A stretch of 63,732 bases of DNA, the filler included, from Bigelowiella natans CCMP2755 (taxonomy: Eukaryota; Protista; Cercozoa): assembly GCA_000320545.1 (NCBI GenBank). It is 5 parts of 5 records of this genome, joined end to end, with 100 filler letters (N's around TTAATTAATTAA, not from the genome) between each part and the next. Parts side by side here need not be neighbours in the genome. Positions count along the whole stretch, not along the records: positions 1 to 29,240 come from ADNK01003136.1; 4 more parts are not named here. One strand, written 5' to 3'. Made by a program: the position numbers and the translations under genes. The notes under the pieces were generated by a model that was not told where the DNA came from, did no database searches, and saw nothing but the letters and a program-made list of their open reading frames with translations. Positions 1 through 15,098 of this stretch are shown one piece after another (position 1 is the stretch's first letter; each line of letters starts with the position of its first letter).

Positions 1-2
1 CG

Positions 3-215
3 TCAAATTGACAGGTCTGAAGCTTCAACCCATTGGGAGGATATTGATATAGAAAAATCATCGTTCTTATCGAAGGAACCTTGCGAAGGAATTGTCTCGG
101 AGTATTCTTCATATAGAGGACTAATGGGAAAGTGAAAATCCTGGTCTTTTAATGCATCTCCCCCCCCTCATCGTCCTCCTCATCATCATAGAAATACATC
201 TTAGTACTCATCAAT

Positions 216-258
<43 letters not shown>

Positions 259-806
259 CTCTCTCTCTCCCTCTCTCTCCATAGTTTGATTGGTGTTGTT
301 AGTAAGTAAGTAGCAATATTATGCGACATGTTAATATGGTAGTAGGTAGATAGTATTCTAATAATTCCATCAAGAATCTTACAACGAAGAATATTTACTG
401 GAAATAATTTGAAAGTACTAAGAGTTCTGTGTCATAATATATATATAGGATACACATAGCGCAGGGACGATATATGACATATAATATTTGATGATTTATG
501 TATGTTGAAAGCACCTTAACTATCTGAATAGTTTCTTCATCCTGTAAAGCAGCAGCTGCAGCAGCTTTGGCATCATCATGATCATCGTTGTTGTTGTAAT
601 TGCCAGAAACACTATTCTTCTTCTTCTTTTCTAGGTGTACTTTGTCAAATCCTTCTGGTTCCTTATTTCCTTCTCCTTCCACTCCTCTTGCTTTTACTGT
701 TACTGCTGTCTTGATGGCTACTCCATCATCGTTCCAAAATGTGGGACTATCTTCGCCTATTTTATTCATCACGACAAGTTTAGTAGATATTAACATACAC
801 AACTTA

Positions 807-845
<39 letters not shown>

Positions 846-1571
846 TGTACCACCCATCACGTAAGGAAGCGATAACTATGAAAAATCTCATCAAAGTTAC
901 TTTGATTCTTCTTCTTTTTCTTTTTCGTCTTTTTATTTCACATGAACAACATGACTCTTCTTTTGCATCTTTTTCTCATTATTCCACATAAACAACATGA
1001 CTCTTGTGCATGCGAAGAAGAAAAGGAAGAAGAAAAGGAAAACAACAAGATGATCACTAAGAAAACGAATCTCTTACACCAAGCAACGTACACACACACA
1101 CACACACACATAAACCAAACACACGTCTACCTAAACTAAGAGACGGAGAGAGAAAGAGAGAGAGAGGGTGGGGAGAGGAGAGATGAAGAACCAATCAATC
1201 ACCTTTCTCAGGTCTAGGTGTGCCAGGGCTTTGTTGTCCTTCCGGTGTTGATGGCGACGATTTTGACGATGGTGTTGATATTGAAGGTAGAGAGGAGGAT
1301 GATGGTGATAATGGTACCACTACTTCCATGGACGATCGTGTTGTCTTGTCTTCTTTTTGTACGCTAACGTCGCCTATTGCAATCATTAGCAAGAAGAAGA
1401 AAGAGAGGGGTAGTAGTAGTAGTAGTAGTAGAAATAGTAGTAGTATTCAGTGTTGTTGGTCAGGAGCGTGATACTACTACTACTACTACCATTTTCGATC
1501 AGTCGCAAGAAATAACACATCAGCATCATCATCATCATCATCATCATTCCGTGTATCATGCATATGCCGCT

Positions 1572-1604
<33 letters not shown>

Positions 1605-2474
1605 CGACGATATTCTGCAAACCAACATAATGTAGCAAGCATAACATACTCATATACCATCCGAAGAACAAAAAATACTCATAACCACCAATATTTGTTT
1701 CTTCAACACCTTGGTTATTATTTCCTCCTACTCCTCCTCCCCCTCCTCCCAGATGGACTTGTGCTTTCTTAGTCTTGCTTTCAGTACCCCCTCCTAGTTT
1801 GGTCATCATCTTGTTCTTCTGTTTCTTCTCAATCTCGCTCTTGGCCATCTCTGTTGTCGTTGGATCATCCTGAGCTGCTGCTGCTGCTTTAGGCTCAGGT
1901 TCTGTTGGAAACGTTGGTCTTGATGTAGATTGTAGCAATAATGCTAGCCCTTTCAACGCCTCTGTACGCACTCTTTTGTTTATTATGGTTTGGTGGTGTA
2001 TTGCACCGTAGTAGTAAGTAAGTAAGGAAGTGTGTAAGATGGTGACAGTAAGAACATGCTGGTAGCAAGATGGATGATGAAGATGATTATGATGATGATG
2101 ATGATAATGATGTTGATGATATTTCAACTCACCAATGAGGACAAAGATACTATCAGGTCGCTATTATCATCAGCACCGTCTTTGTCAACACCATTGCAAT
2201 TATTAACATCATCGTTATTATTATTCATTATTGTTATCATCATCTCCCTCTCATTATTATCATCATCATCATCACCATCATCATCACCTACTACCTGTCG
2301 TGTTTATGATTTGCCAGAGCGATGATGGTATTTAGCAGTTTACGATCAGGAGTGTCAGGAGAGTCCTGTTTAGCACAACAAACCAGCACCAGCATCAGCA
2401 TCAGCAGTATTACATTGATGACGTCAGAGATAAGATAAGATGTAGGAATAGGGATAGAAATGACGCTGGGAGGA

Positions 2475-2509
<35 letters not shown>

Positions 2510-3935
2510 AGTGATGATGATAGTGGTGATGATGACAGTGGTGATGATGATAGTGGTGATGATGATGGAGAAGATGTTCAAACGGGAAATAGAGAAGATA
2601 TAGTGTGCAGCATCAATAACAGTTGTTTTATTGCTATCATCTGCTTTGTGTTAGTCGTATTTCAGATAAGAATAAGTGGTCTTCAAAACGACTTCTGTTA
2701 TCCCCCCCCCCCCCCTTCTTTCGTTGACAGCTGCACGATGTTCTTGGGTAATTATTATTTATAATAATTTAGTAGCAATCATGATGTTCTTGGGTTGTTA
2801 TTATTCATAATAATTTAGTAGCAATAATGACTCGTCTGTTCTACCTTCAAAATGATCTGAATAGCCTTAGAAGCTGATGAAGACATAACCTGATAATTGC
2901 ATAGAAGAGACAACAACAACAACAACAACAACAACGTTCCTAGTATAAGAAGAACTACCATTTAACAATTGTTACTCCTCCCCTTTTTCTTAACACCCAA
3001 TATATATATATTTCTCAAATTATTCTTAAGTAGTGTGCTGTTATCCTACGATTCTCTACAACGACGCATGGAAGTATATCCTCATCATCACCATCACCAT
3101 CGTCATCATCGATAGAAACAAAGAAACCTTGATTGTTACGGGAACAACTTTAAAGAGACTTTCCAGTATGCATGTTGTTAGTTCCACATAGAGCTCTACA
3201 GGACAACAACTTGAAACGTCCATTTCTCTTGCCTTGAGAGTAGATGATAATCATATTGAACGCATAAGACGATGGCCATGGGCAGCAACAATGACAGTGA
3301 AGACTTTGATGATTGCTTCTGGTTGGTGTTGTTTTTCTTATCCTCTTGATCATTTCCCACGAATGTTAATGATGAAACAGAAAGAAAGAGATGGAGAGCT
3401 TCTACTACTACTACTACTACTACTACTACCATTTGGCAGACAGATACAGCAAGCAAGGTTGCTTCCTTCAACACTGATGATCTTCGATCTTCTATCTAAG
3501 AGAGGAGGAAGGAAGGTATGGTGATAAAAACATCAATGTTAAGTGTACTACAACGTGCATCAAGGCCAACAAATCTAATGATCAAATGTGCCCTTCAACG
3601 AAGAAGGTAGTATGGGGAAACTAGCAGTAAATGCTGTTAGAATATCATTCTTATCATGTAAAATATAAACAACATATCGACTAAACATATATGGTATAAA
3701 CACACCCACCCACCCACACACCCACACCAATCTTTATAATGGTTTTATACTACACAATGTTGTTTATACTGCATGTATACTCCAAATCACATTCTAAAGG
3801 AAGGTAAAACAGATGATAATTGGCGATAACTACTGGTTGTTCCACTTCATCATCTTTATCATTATAAGTGCAAGACGTTTCTGGCATGATTTTACTACTA
3901 CTACTAGGTTCTACTACTACTACTACTACTACTAC

Positions 3936-3968
<33 letters not shown>

Positions 3969-5650
3969 CAATGGCTAACAACTGTGTCTACCTGCAAAGT
4001 GAACAAATTCTTGTGTTTTAGAAGCAATGGCACCACTTGAGTCATCGTGCGAGTATTCTCCAAGCTGCAGATGTCCTATTGGATCATGAATGCATTAATC
4101 AACACACTGCTGTGCTTGTTGTTTCATGTTATCAGTTAGCAGCTCATTTCATCGACTATGCAAGATGTCATTATTGAACTCCTCCTTCAGTTTATACAGT
4201 TGGTGCTGCTGGTAGTGCTGCCATGGATGGTAAAAGCTGCAAAAAACCTTGGTGCATTGACTGCTATTGTTATACCCGGACTATTACTAATAGCTATGAA
4301 GAAAATTAGTACCTGCAGACGCTTCATGAGGTTAACACGAATCTTCCACTCAACTTTCTCTTTCTCATGGGCAATCTAAGGTATTATGATGTGACAGAGA
4401 GAACAATAGGGAGGGGTGGGGATCAATATTCAGTCTCAACTATACATGCAGGGATGTGCCTGTGCATGTGCATGTGCATGTGTGTGTGTGTGTGTGTAGC
4501 CAAATAAACTAGTAGAAGATGTTGACGACATCTGATGTGTCGGCTAGTCACGATTAATTTGCTTCTTCTTTCTTATTCCGAATGGGCACAATAATAGTAA
4601 TAAGCAGAATTAATGTTACGATCCCTCCTCCTCCTCCACCTCCTCCTCTCCTCATCAACATCAACAATACCACGAAACGCCCTAGTTTTCGAAGCTAATC
4701 CCTTCCTCTCCCCCCCCCTCTCCCCCCCCTCTTCCTAAAGGACACTTCTTCTACTACTACCGCACTACTATTTCCTTGAGCTACTATAACGTTTTGTTAT
4801 TATCAGTAGTACCGAGAGGAATTCTGCGATTGTGTTGATTTCCAATTTGAGGTCGCCTGGCAATTCAACCTAGAAGGAATGGTGGTAGTAAATAGCGTGT
4901 TGTAATAGTACCAGGCAGTAGTAGTAGTAGTAGTTAGGGGTTTCAGAATTTTCTTATAATGATAATTTCGTCCAATATTGGATCATCTGGATGATGAGGA
5001 GGGAATGAATTAATAGCATGCAATGCCCTGATCAACAACTAACCACTACCTTAAGTGATTTTCCCAGCCAATTCTTCGCCTTCAGATCTCTAGGAGAGTA
5101 ATTTGGGGGGGCGTTTGCACTAGCACTATTGCCAGAAATGTGTCTTCTCGTCCCCCCCCTGGTGTTACCACTACTAGTAGTAGTACTGATCCTGGACATT
5201 CTATTAATCAACTGAGCACTGATCTCAGCGCGGTCGCTAGTAGCTTAGCTGCTGCTGCTGCTTCTGATGCTGCAGAAAGATCGATGATGACGATGGTGAT
5301 TATGATGATGAAACACCAAGGCGTCGTCGAGGTAGGAAATTCAAGCTTTTTTGTTGAGCTATTAATGTGGTGTTTGTTTGATAAGACGGCGGGCAAGGCG
5401 GATTTGGTGTTCTATTCCTTTTCAAGAGCAACAGTTCCAATGTCTGTTAGTTAGGTGACAAAATGATGATGAGTTCGAAGATGTTGATCTCTTACAAGGA
5501 ATGAAGAGATCGTTCTTGCAGAAGAAGAGGAATGTGTTAATTGTTGAACTTTAGTTTAAATGGTGGACAATTTTTAGCTCTCTGTCCTCTGCCTTCTATT
5601 TACTGAAGATCCTTCTCCAATAAACCCTCCTCCCAAGTGCTACAAAATAA
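3..5650 (-). CDS. Multi-exon hypothetical protein, function not recognised; 5' end uncertain
   Basis: Exon-like segments flanked by GT/AG on the minus strand, e.g. 516-780 (VVMNKIGEDSPTFWNDDG...EETIQIVK|gt), ~3992-4075 (DICSLENTRTMTQVVPLLLKHKNLFTLQ|gt) and an apparent last exon 3-140 (DFHFPISPLYEEY...SDLSI*). They are separated by microsatellite-rich introns. No family motif recognised. Confidence 0.4.
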
Positions 5651-5899
5651 AGAGCCTGGCTATTATATGGGGGTAAAATAGAGACCCTTGTGTTTGAGTC
5701 CTTGCCTGCAGTTCGTACGTGTGATGGCGGTAGTTCGGAGGGGCGGGAAGATTATCCTGCAATTACAAGTACGAATCGAAAACGCCGGACAATTTTACAG
5801 ATTTATTCTTTTTTGTATGTCGCAAGATCTTTTTCATATTAATTCCATGAAATACTCTGATAGAGATTTGCTGTGCTTCTGTTAGATTTAAGATTCATC

Positions 5900-8290
5900 T
5901 TGTTCTTGTGGTCGCAGTTTGTCAATCACATGTCGTCACATCAGTGTTCTTCATATTTTCTTCATTGTTGTTCAAGTTGTTCTCCAAATAGAAAATAAAA
6001 TAAGCCAAAGACAACTGAATATGACAAAAATAACAAGTTCATTCAAGTTCAGCAGGTGTGAAATGAATTTGCCGCACCGTGTTTTGAATTTGAACAAGTT
6101 GGATGTTCATCGGGCACAAAGCAAGAAAGAAAGAAAGAAAGCAGCACAGCCTGGCTTTGACGTAGTGGAATGATGCCATTGCTTCACTTCGTTCATCCAT
6201 TCATTTGGTGTTTCAATGCTTCATTCATTTGTTCTTCAACCACCCGTGCTGTCCCCACGACTCCACAGTGAAGGACGACCCCTCTGCTGTCGTCCACGTG
6301 GTCCTTGCAATCGCATCACAAAGCAGCCAAAGTGCCAAAGTCACGGTGCGTTGCTTCTTCGTTCGTTCGCTTCGCACTTTCCACAAAGAAGTGGAAGGTG
6401 TCCAACTTCTGCCAGTGTTGGTGGTCACGACACAGCGATGCAGGGAGTGAACTCTGGAACTCGCTGCATTGTGTTCCAAGAAGAAGAATCGAACCAACTC
6501 TGCGAACTGGGGTGAACTCTCCAGCTCTCCTTTGTGCGCTGCAACCGAGCAATGCCAAACGGTGCACGGTTTTTCAACACACGGTGCCAAGTGAACCAGC
6601 CCACACACCAGCGCACCTGAAGAACGTCTCATCACCACCTCGATTGTCGACTCCCCAACTGACCAACCACCTCCAGGTTTGCGCGGTCGCACGTGTTGCA
6701 TCTTGTGCCGCAGGAGAGCACGCTCACAATGCTCTGGCGCTGTGCGAGCGACAACATCGTTCGTCTCACTTGGACACTTGTCTGGTTGCAATTGCACCGC
6801 CTCGACATCCACGAACTTCGATCACAAGTGGACTTCGTACGTTTGCGTGGAGCAAACCAGGACCAGAGCAGGGCGCACCTTTTTGTGACACTTTGTGCGC
6901 AATCCACGTCCTCCTGTCGTCTGCAGACACTTGAAGCTCTCTGGCTCTCCTTCCTTGAATTGGTCTGATCTGAAAAATGAACCAAAAACATCCAAAGTCT
7001 CAGCTCGAAAACCTCGACTCTGTGACTCCCATGCGAAGAAAGTTTGCAATAGTTTGCACAGTTCTGAGCGCAGATGCAAGCAACGCGCACGTTCAACGCA
7101 AGCTAGCAAGTGGTGGTGCTTGAACAACGCTGGAACGTGACATGACACCAGGAGAGACGATGTGTGCGACGTGCACGACGTCACTGTGTCGGTTGTCCAT
7201 TGAACGCTGCTGGCTAGCTAGGCCAGAACAGGTGAATCCTCGTGTGGACGGCCAGGCCAGCAGGCCGCACTGGCACAACAAAAGGTGAATGAAGTCCAAT
7301 GCAGACATGCTGCCACAATGCCCAGCTAGCCAGGTGTGCTGGTGCGTTGAAGTTTCAAAATCAGGGCATCAAGAGGTCATGCTGGCATGGGACGCACTCT
7401 GGCACGTGGACGACACTCAATGGGTGCAGATCGTGGACACTTGAAAGTTTGCAAAAAAAAAACCCACCACGCCAGCACGCGCGCACGCATCTGCGTGAAC
7501 CACTAGACCAGTGAACGACATGACGTGTTGCGCAATGTGTGTTCAAAGTTTTTGCAATCAAAATGGCGAGGTGACACGCCAGCATGGCGCAAACCAGCGC
7601 ACAGAGCATGCAAAAGCGCACGTTGTGCTGCCAGGCTGGTCAGCGCGAGCAAACCCAGCAGGCCATGTGCTTGGAAGGGGATCGAGCAGAAGTTGCTCCC
7701 CAAGCTAGCCAGGTCATGGAGGGGGGCTAGGAGGTCTAGAGGGGGGGATGAAACCCGAGTGAAAACGAAAATCAACATGTCAAACGTGCCAAAAGCTTCA
7801 TTCAAAGCAGACCCTTGCTAGCTAGTTGGTTTGCTCGACACAGTTTGCGCAAAAAAGGGTCAAAAACATTTCCCACCTTTTCTGCACGACGTCATGCCCT
7901 GTTTCGCCTTGCTGGCTCGGCCTGATGGCAAAGCACGTGTGCACAGCTCAAGGAAATGCACATGGTGCAATGTGCGATGGAAAGCGGCAGGAGTAAAAAT
8001 CACCAAAAGGCGGTCCAATGGCTTTCAGGTTGCCACAATCACCAACGTGCCGACAAGTGCACTTTCGATCATTGCGCGAACTGGATTGCATGGTGGGTGC
8101 AACGTGAGGACGATGTCACAGGATTTGAACCGTGCGCAGCGTTCATGCCCGGCACCATCTGGACCACGCACGCATCATGCACATCCTGCCTATTGCTAGA
8201 TTGCACACAGCACGCATTGTGCACCGTGCCATTCACATTAGTCTTGTTCGTTGTCTGATCCTAATTCATGTTGATGTGAATGTAATGAAA
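5900..8290. other. TpA-depleted / CTAG-sparing intergenic island A
   Basis: In ~6180-8190 nearly all surviving TA are in CTAG (e.g. 7103, 7213, 7326, 7503, 7705, 7727, 7736, 7818); only ~3 others seen. CA/TG-rich. Confidence 0.9.
6225..7184 (-). pseudogene. Decayed coding remnant inside island A
   Basis: ORFs 6822-7184 and 6225-6812 are in the same frame, separated by one TGA. Together ~315 codons with a single Tyr and excess His/Cys. Family not recognised. Confidence 0.4.
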
Positions 8291-8312
8291 TGACGATGTA
8301 ATTACTAGATCA

Positions 8313-10441
8313 CTATTTCAACTTTTGCCTTTTTGCTCCTGGTGGTTGATCTAGCAACACCAAGGCTTTTGAGCTGGTATTGTTCTTTTTGCTGTCATTG
8401 GCGTTTTTGCCACCACCATCACGGTCTTTTTCAACTTTTTTCCTCTTTCTTGATCTTGACTGTTCCAACTTTTCCAGAAATTTTAGGTTGTCTTTTTGTA
8501 CTTCTTCATGAAAGACTGAGACGCTCGTATCGATAACCGTCGACAGCGGCGCTTTTAGTGTCTTATTATCAATATTTTTGGATGATGACATCATCGATGT
8601 GGTAGTTTGTTCTTGAGCCTCAAGTTGCAACCTGGAAGAGGAGTCCTGTGTTTCTTCAATTTTCATATTATTTTCTCTTGATCGTTTATTTATTTTCTCA
8701 GCATTTTCTTTCGCATACCTACTACGCTTGTCTTCTTTGTCGTCAAGATTTTTGGTGTAAATTAAGCAGTAAGCCGAAGCATGCAAATGGCCTCCATACG
8801 ATTCATTAAACACGACTTTCTCAGATTCTCGTGACACATTAGCATCGTTAAATTTGAGCCAAGACTTTTTGTTACTTTTGCCAACATCATGGTTGTTATC
8901 ACTGTATGTCCCAGTTAAGCTGCGATAATCCCCATCATCAACATGGTTGTTATTACACACAGACTTACTTCCATTTTGTATCATATTGTTGCTATTGCCA
9001 TCTTTAACGGGTTCATCGATACGTTTTGATTTGAGATCTACATTTAACTTCGCTACTGGACGATTATCATCTTCAGTGATTTTGCTCTTACTCGTCGTCG
9101 TTTCGTTGTATTTCTGTTGGGATTCTACAACTGAGTTGTTGTTATTATGCCCCTCAGAATTAGCTGTAATAATATCGCTGCTTCTATTATTGCTTGATAA
9201 AAAACCAAGGTTTGGCTGTTTATAACCCGCCATCATCCGCCCTTCTCCTCCTTCCCCTCCCCCTCCCCCTTCTCTAATTGAAGTGCTCGAGTTGGTGGCA
9301 AAGGAATGTTGTGTCCTATTTATATATGCCCAGTAATGACCCTACGAATATTTAGAAAAAACAGACGTGGTCAATATTATCATTATAACTAGTTTGCAAT
9401 CTCATTGCTTCAATGGAAAAGATGATGGCTCATACTATTGAGGCCCAGCTTTCACACGTGTGTGAGTTTGTGTTTGTGTGTGTGTGTGTGTGTGTCGCTA
9501 CTTCACTCTTCTTCCCTTAAAATTTTAAATGATTTTTCTCTTTAAAGCTCTCAAGCTATTCAACTGCACTGATATATTTGTTCCAGTAAAACAGCTGTAC
9601 TTGTTGTTGTTGTTCTTCTTCTTCTTCTACTACTACTACTACTTTTACCTGCGAAGCATTCTTTCCATCGTGTACCATTACAGCGGTTAAATGATAACAT
9701 GGGCTCCCTTCAATTTCTTTGTATAATTTGCTAATCTATAAGAGAAACAAACAAACATCTCACTTTTCACTCCGAACTGCAATAGTATACGAAGTATACA
9801 TAATAAATTTAACGATGACCAAAAGACTCAACTACCCTTTAAAAACGAATATTAAGATTCATATCTATTTCAGGTGTGGACATGTAATATCATACCTGCT
9901 TGTCAATATTTTCTATTTGACTACGGAGCTCTCTGATGCGGTTGTTCATGTCGCTGCGATGTATTATTACAAGGAAAATGCAATCAACCCTTAAAATGAC
10001 TTCTATTCATAATAGCGACATGCAAAACGATCACAAATAAGATAATACCCTCATTGCATCCGAATATGACCAGAATTACGAGGGAAATGGAAAGAATGAA
10101 AGATAGACAACATTCTTTCAACACAACCGTTACATACGCCTCTTAAGCTTTAGAAACTATTATTTTCCTATAACACCCCAAAAGCACTAGTTCCCAGCCA
10201 CCAACCGTACATATAAACAACATCAACACAAACCACTGGCTATCATTGTAATCTGTCTCTCTCACTCATCGTTACTCATTACTTGAGGTATTTTGTTAAG
10301 ACTTTAATGATTCTCTCCTGTGCAATCTTATTCGAGGAGAAGGGAGGGGGGATAGAAGATCGGCATTAACATATGATCTGTCATCAAGAATCTACTATTT
10401 GAGTAAATCCTTTTGTGGTTCCCAACTCTAAGAACACTTAA

Positions 10442-10476
<35 letters not shown>

Positions 10477-10734
10477 GTTAATGCACACAACAACACACCC
10501 AACACCTACCTTTTCAATCACACTGGCAATGCCTTTGTTCTTCTTCTTGTTCTTGTTCTTCTTTTTGTTGTTGTTGTTGTTGTCCAAACCACTTCCATTC
10601 TTATCGTCAACCAACATCTCTGTTGGCGCTGATGAGCTCTTTTCGCTATCATCATACAGATTGCTTCTTAGAGTCGTTGTTGTTAATACTGAGGAACTCA
10701 GTGATGGTGCTGCTACTTTCGCATCATCACAATT

Positions 10735-10765
<31 letters not shown>

Positions 10766-11863
10766 ATTTGTTGTCTTAAGTAACTAATCATTGCCAGAGT
10801 AGCCTTAGATCATAAACAACAACAACAACAACATCAATCAAATGAGCAACGACCCACTATCAAACGAATTGAGAGAAATAAAGACAACATCATCTTGTCC
10901 CACCAACGGTTTAGAGCTCTGCTATTCATGGTTATTATTGTTATAAAAACAGTTTATGCAGTAGGCATTTATTACATGGCAAATGTTCTGATCTGGTATG
11001 TCATGGGCAGCACTAATACTAGTTCCATTAGAATCGTCGTTGATGGGAGAAGAGGGTTTCTTCGTTTTATAATTGGTAAACCTAATGGTAATACATATAA
11101 TTTATGCAGCAGGTAGTAGATATAGATCAGGTGGGGATCTTTGAAATAACACAAGACTCAGAAACAAAACGATTCTATCAAAGAAACGATGCTGTTTGTG
11201 CTTGACGTTGTTAACATTAAAACGGTGCTCCCCATAGTACTTTTTGTCACATTTCAACGAATACACTGAAATATGGTATTCCATTATGTTTTTTCTATTA
11301 TCTTCCTTTTCAATATGTATTATAATTTAAATATTCATGTTCAAAAATAAGCACAAATATATGTATCAGAGTAATTTTCGGTGCATGCATACAATTGTTT
11401 GTAACACGGATCTCATGGATGTGGTAAGTAATTTCACATTCTCATTTAATTTAGAGATAAATTGACATCAATATTATATTAACATAAGTAAAACTACTAC
11501 CATTTCAACTTTTCCTTAAGATTGCTCTTACACCGTAAAAGAGCTCGGTGCTTCTCTCGTAGCTTTTGAGCTATAATATCACGAAATACACAACATTGAG
11601 TCACACAACTCATATACTAATTGGAAATGTGGAATTAATGCTATTCATGAGGATATAGAATAACAAGCAGTAATAATAATTAAGAGATGTTGATGACACA
11701 ACCACGATGACTCCTAATACGCGGAGGATATGCATATATATATATATATATATATATAATATGTAATACACCTACGCCTTTTAGTCTAGTCTACAAAAGC
11801 TTGACCATATAAGATATAAATCAATTTATAATATTATAATAAATATTGTATATACATTATATA

Positions 11864-11900
<37 letters not shown>

Positions 11901-13181
11901 CATTATTTTATGATAAGCTTTGGTATAAAATTCTACTCATGCAGCACGTTGATTGATCAAACCTTCCTTTTTCTTCTTGAGGCAATAACGATCCACATGA
12001 AGTATCTTTTATGATGATGATGATGATGATGATGATGACAATGATGACATGAAATAATAGCAAAACAACGCAATAATCCTGATGGGTCAAATACTTGGTA
12101 GATATAACAAGTCTCATTGTACGGACTGCTACGAAATCGAAAACACACTGCTATTAATATTGAATATATGATAACATATCCATTTGTTATTCTGCTAGAA
12201 ATAAGTAGGAAGCAGGGCAGAGAAGATAGGAAGGGATATGCTATACTTTACTACCAAAATCTACACGTTACTGCAAAATAGATTCGGTATTTGCGTTGAA
12301 GAATGTAGCATGAGAGAAGCATGGATATCCACCTCAAATTTAGCAAGTACTTACTTACTACCTTTGGAAATTTGAATTGAAGATGATTTTTAGTGGGCAT
12401 TTTCTTAATAGGATCATATCCAACCCGTTGTATCTATGAAGATACGTAGCGGTGGTAATGGTAGGCCGTTATTGAGAAAATAATTCAAATATGCATTAAA
12501 GGCTGATGATGATGATGATGCGTTGTGGTGAAAAGATAGGCTAAATAATGCCCCAAGATAAAGGATATGTCACCATTAGGATATTATCTATTGCGACAAG
12601 ACCTGAATACAGAGAATGTCTGAGAATTGCTGAAACCATATACTTTTCTCAGCTCTAATCTCCTGAGGATGGATGAATAATGGTCACATGATCAATAATA
12701 TCCTTACATCGTATCTTCGATTCCGTGTAACTATCCAAGTAGAACATTCGAAACAAAAACCGGAAAAGACGACGATAACAGCTACAACGAGAATGGTGAT
12801 ATAGAAGATGGTAGCGACATGAAAGGGAAAGACCCTAATCATAACTAAAATACTGCACTTACAGCTCCTTGCCATTTCCGATATGCGTCGATGGCACAAT
12901 GTGTGTATCTTTGATCAAAGGGAGAAAGAGAGAAAAACAAGGCAAGGTAGTAGTAGGGTTATCAACAACAACAACAGAGTGAATAATCATAGCAAATACA
13001 GTAATGCTGCCATTTAATTCAAGCTTATGCATATATCATCTTCTCCTCACGCTCCCCCTCCCCGATCTCTTTCTCTCTTAACATAACAGACACAATTATG
13101 ATAAAACACTTGTATCCTACCACGCAATCAAGCTACATTGATGATACGAATAGGAAAAAGAGAAAGACGAAGGGGGGGGAG

Positions 13182-13218
<37 letters not shown>

Positions 13219-13334
13219 AATGAGAAATGTACTTTTCCAAAGCCGCATGCAACTCCCCTTCTCCTACATCTACGATTACTACAACAACAAACCGTCGTTT
13301 CAGCTGTTATTGACTGTCACATATTTGTATATTG

Positions 13335-13377
<43 letters not shown>

Positions 13378-14149
13378 CTTTTGCTGTCAAAATAATCTAG
13401 AATTAAAATTAGATTATTTAGTATTAGTACGATGTAGTCATTGTTGATTGATGTTTTTTATCAATGAATAAAGACGTTTGTAGGATGATATAACGATGAT
13501 GAGTGGTCAATTATCATTGATATATCATCGATGGTGTTGCGGTTGAAAGGGAATAATATTCCTTTCTACTACTTAAGATTTGCGGTAGTGACCATCAGCA
13601 TCACCAAAGCAGAGCTGATTCATGATAAACATCATTCTACACATAGGATGTGACTATTAACTCACCGTCTCCTATAATAACTTCTTTCTTCGATGGGGAA
13701 GGAGGAGTAAAAGCTTTGTCATCCTCCTGCTTTGCATTAACCCTTTGCAGTTGGTTTTGGTTGGTGATGCTACTACTTTCATCAACAACAGAATTGCTTG
13801 ATAAACTTTTGATGATGCTCTTTCTGCTGCTGCTGGTATTGCCAAGAAGAGGTACAACAAACTCTTCTCCTTTAGAATAAAACCTAAAAAGATAAAATCA
13901 GCCAAACATCAGCAAAATTTATAGAATTGATGACGAGAGTAGTGAATATGTGCCCTTAGTGTTTGGTACAAAAACATAATGATTATCATGTTATCATCTC
14001 ACCATTGTTTGATAGATCCAGGAGCATGATGCTGACCCAACACAACACAACAACAACAACAACAACAGCGACGACCACGACAATGAGGAGGAGGTAAAGG
14101 AGGAGGAGGGGGAGATATACTGAATCTCTCTCTCTCCCTCTCTCTCTCT

Positions 14150-14218
<69 letters not shown>

Positions 14219-15054
14219 CATGTATATATACATATATTATATATATTCATTACTTTTTGATAACATATTGATCTTCTAGTACCTTCGCCTCAAAAGCAAC
14301 TTCAATGGCGTCTATTATCACCTAATAACATACATTCTCATACACATGCAACCAAAACACACACACGCACACACACAAATATATACTTGACACATGCAAA
14401 AATCCAAGGATATAGCTACTGCACGAAAATACTACAACAACTCATATGTAGTATTTTTCTCATGACACTGCATGCAATTGACCGAAGAAAAAGCAGCATT
14501 CTCACATCATGAAGCAATCATTCGTCGGTAGTAGTAGGTAGGTACACCTGCATAATCTCCGCCACATCATTCTGCGAGCCCGCTTGAATAGACCCTGCTT
14601 CATAATACTTCAACAAGGCTGCTACCGCTGCTCTTGGATCGAAGAATTTCCTATAAAAATGAAGAAAAACCAATTAAAAAAAAAGGAATCAACTGGTAGA
14701 ATAGCAGTAAAAAATTCAATTATGATTCTTCTCTTTACTCGTGTTAATTTGAGAAATATATGCATTAATCGCCATGTGCCAGTGAGTTGATGATGCTTCT
14801 AAATCGCACCTTTTTGTGTTTACAAGGTAAACAAACGTTCTTTGGAGTTCAGAGACCTTAGAATCATCGATATCATCGTAATATCAATTATATATGCATC
14901 ACCGTATTACTACCGGTTGCAAAGAGAGCATGATTGGGGGAAAAAAAGAGTGAAATTGATATGAATCTAGGGTGCAGTGACACTGGTGTTTGAGGCCATT
15001 CCTTAGACAAACGACATAATAAATATACGCACATACGAACACACACATACACAC

Positions 15055-15098
<44 letters not shown>

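Noticed and set aside
2737-2828. 46-bp tandem duplication in an intron (also 43-bp at 21601-21686 and ~25-bp at ~33299/33346)
   Set aside because: Only two units and no spacers, so not CRISPR. Single TA/CA or TA/TG differences occur but most TA remain, too few to interpret.
1377-3971. Poly-H/M/I/V/S/Y ORFs here and throughout the window
   Set aside because: Translations of intronic (CAT)n, (AGT)n, (TA)n, (GA)n and (CA)n microsatellites.
6205-8258. Dense overlapping six-frame ORFs in the islands (also 35757-36428, 40819-41782, 49899-53185)
   Set aside because: Expected by-product of TA loss, which removes TAA and most TAG stops; not evidence of overlapping genes.
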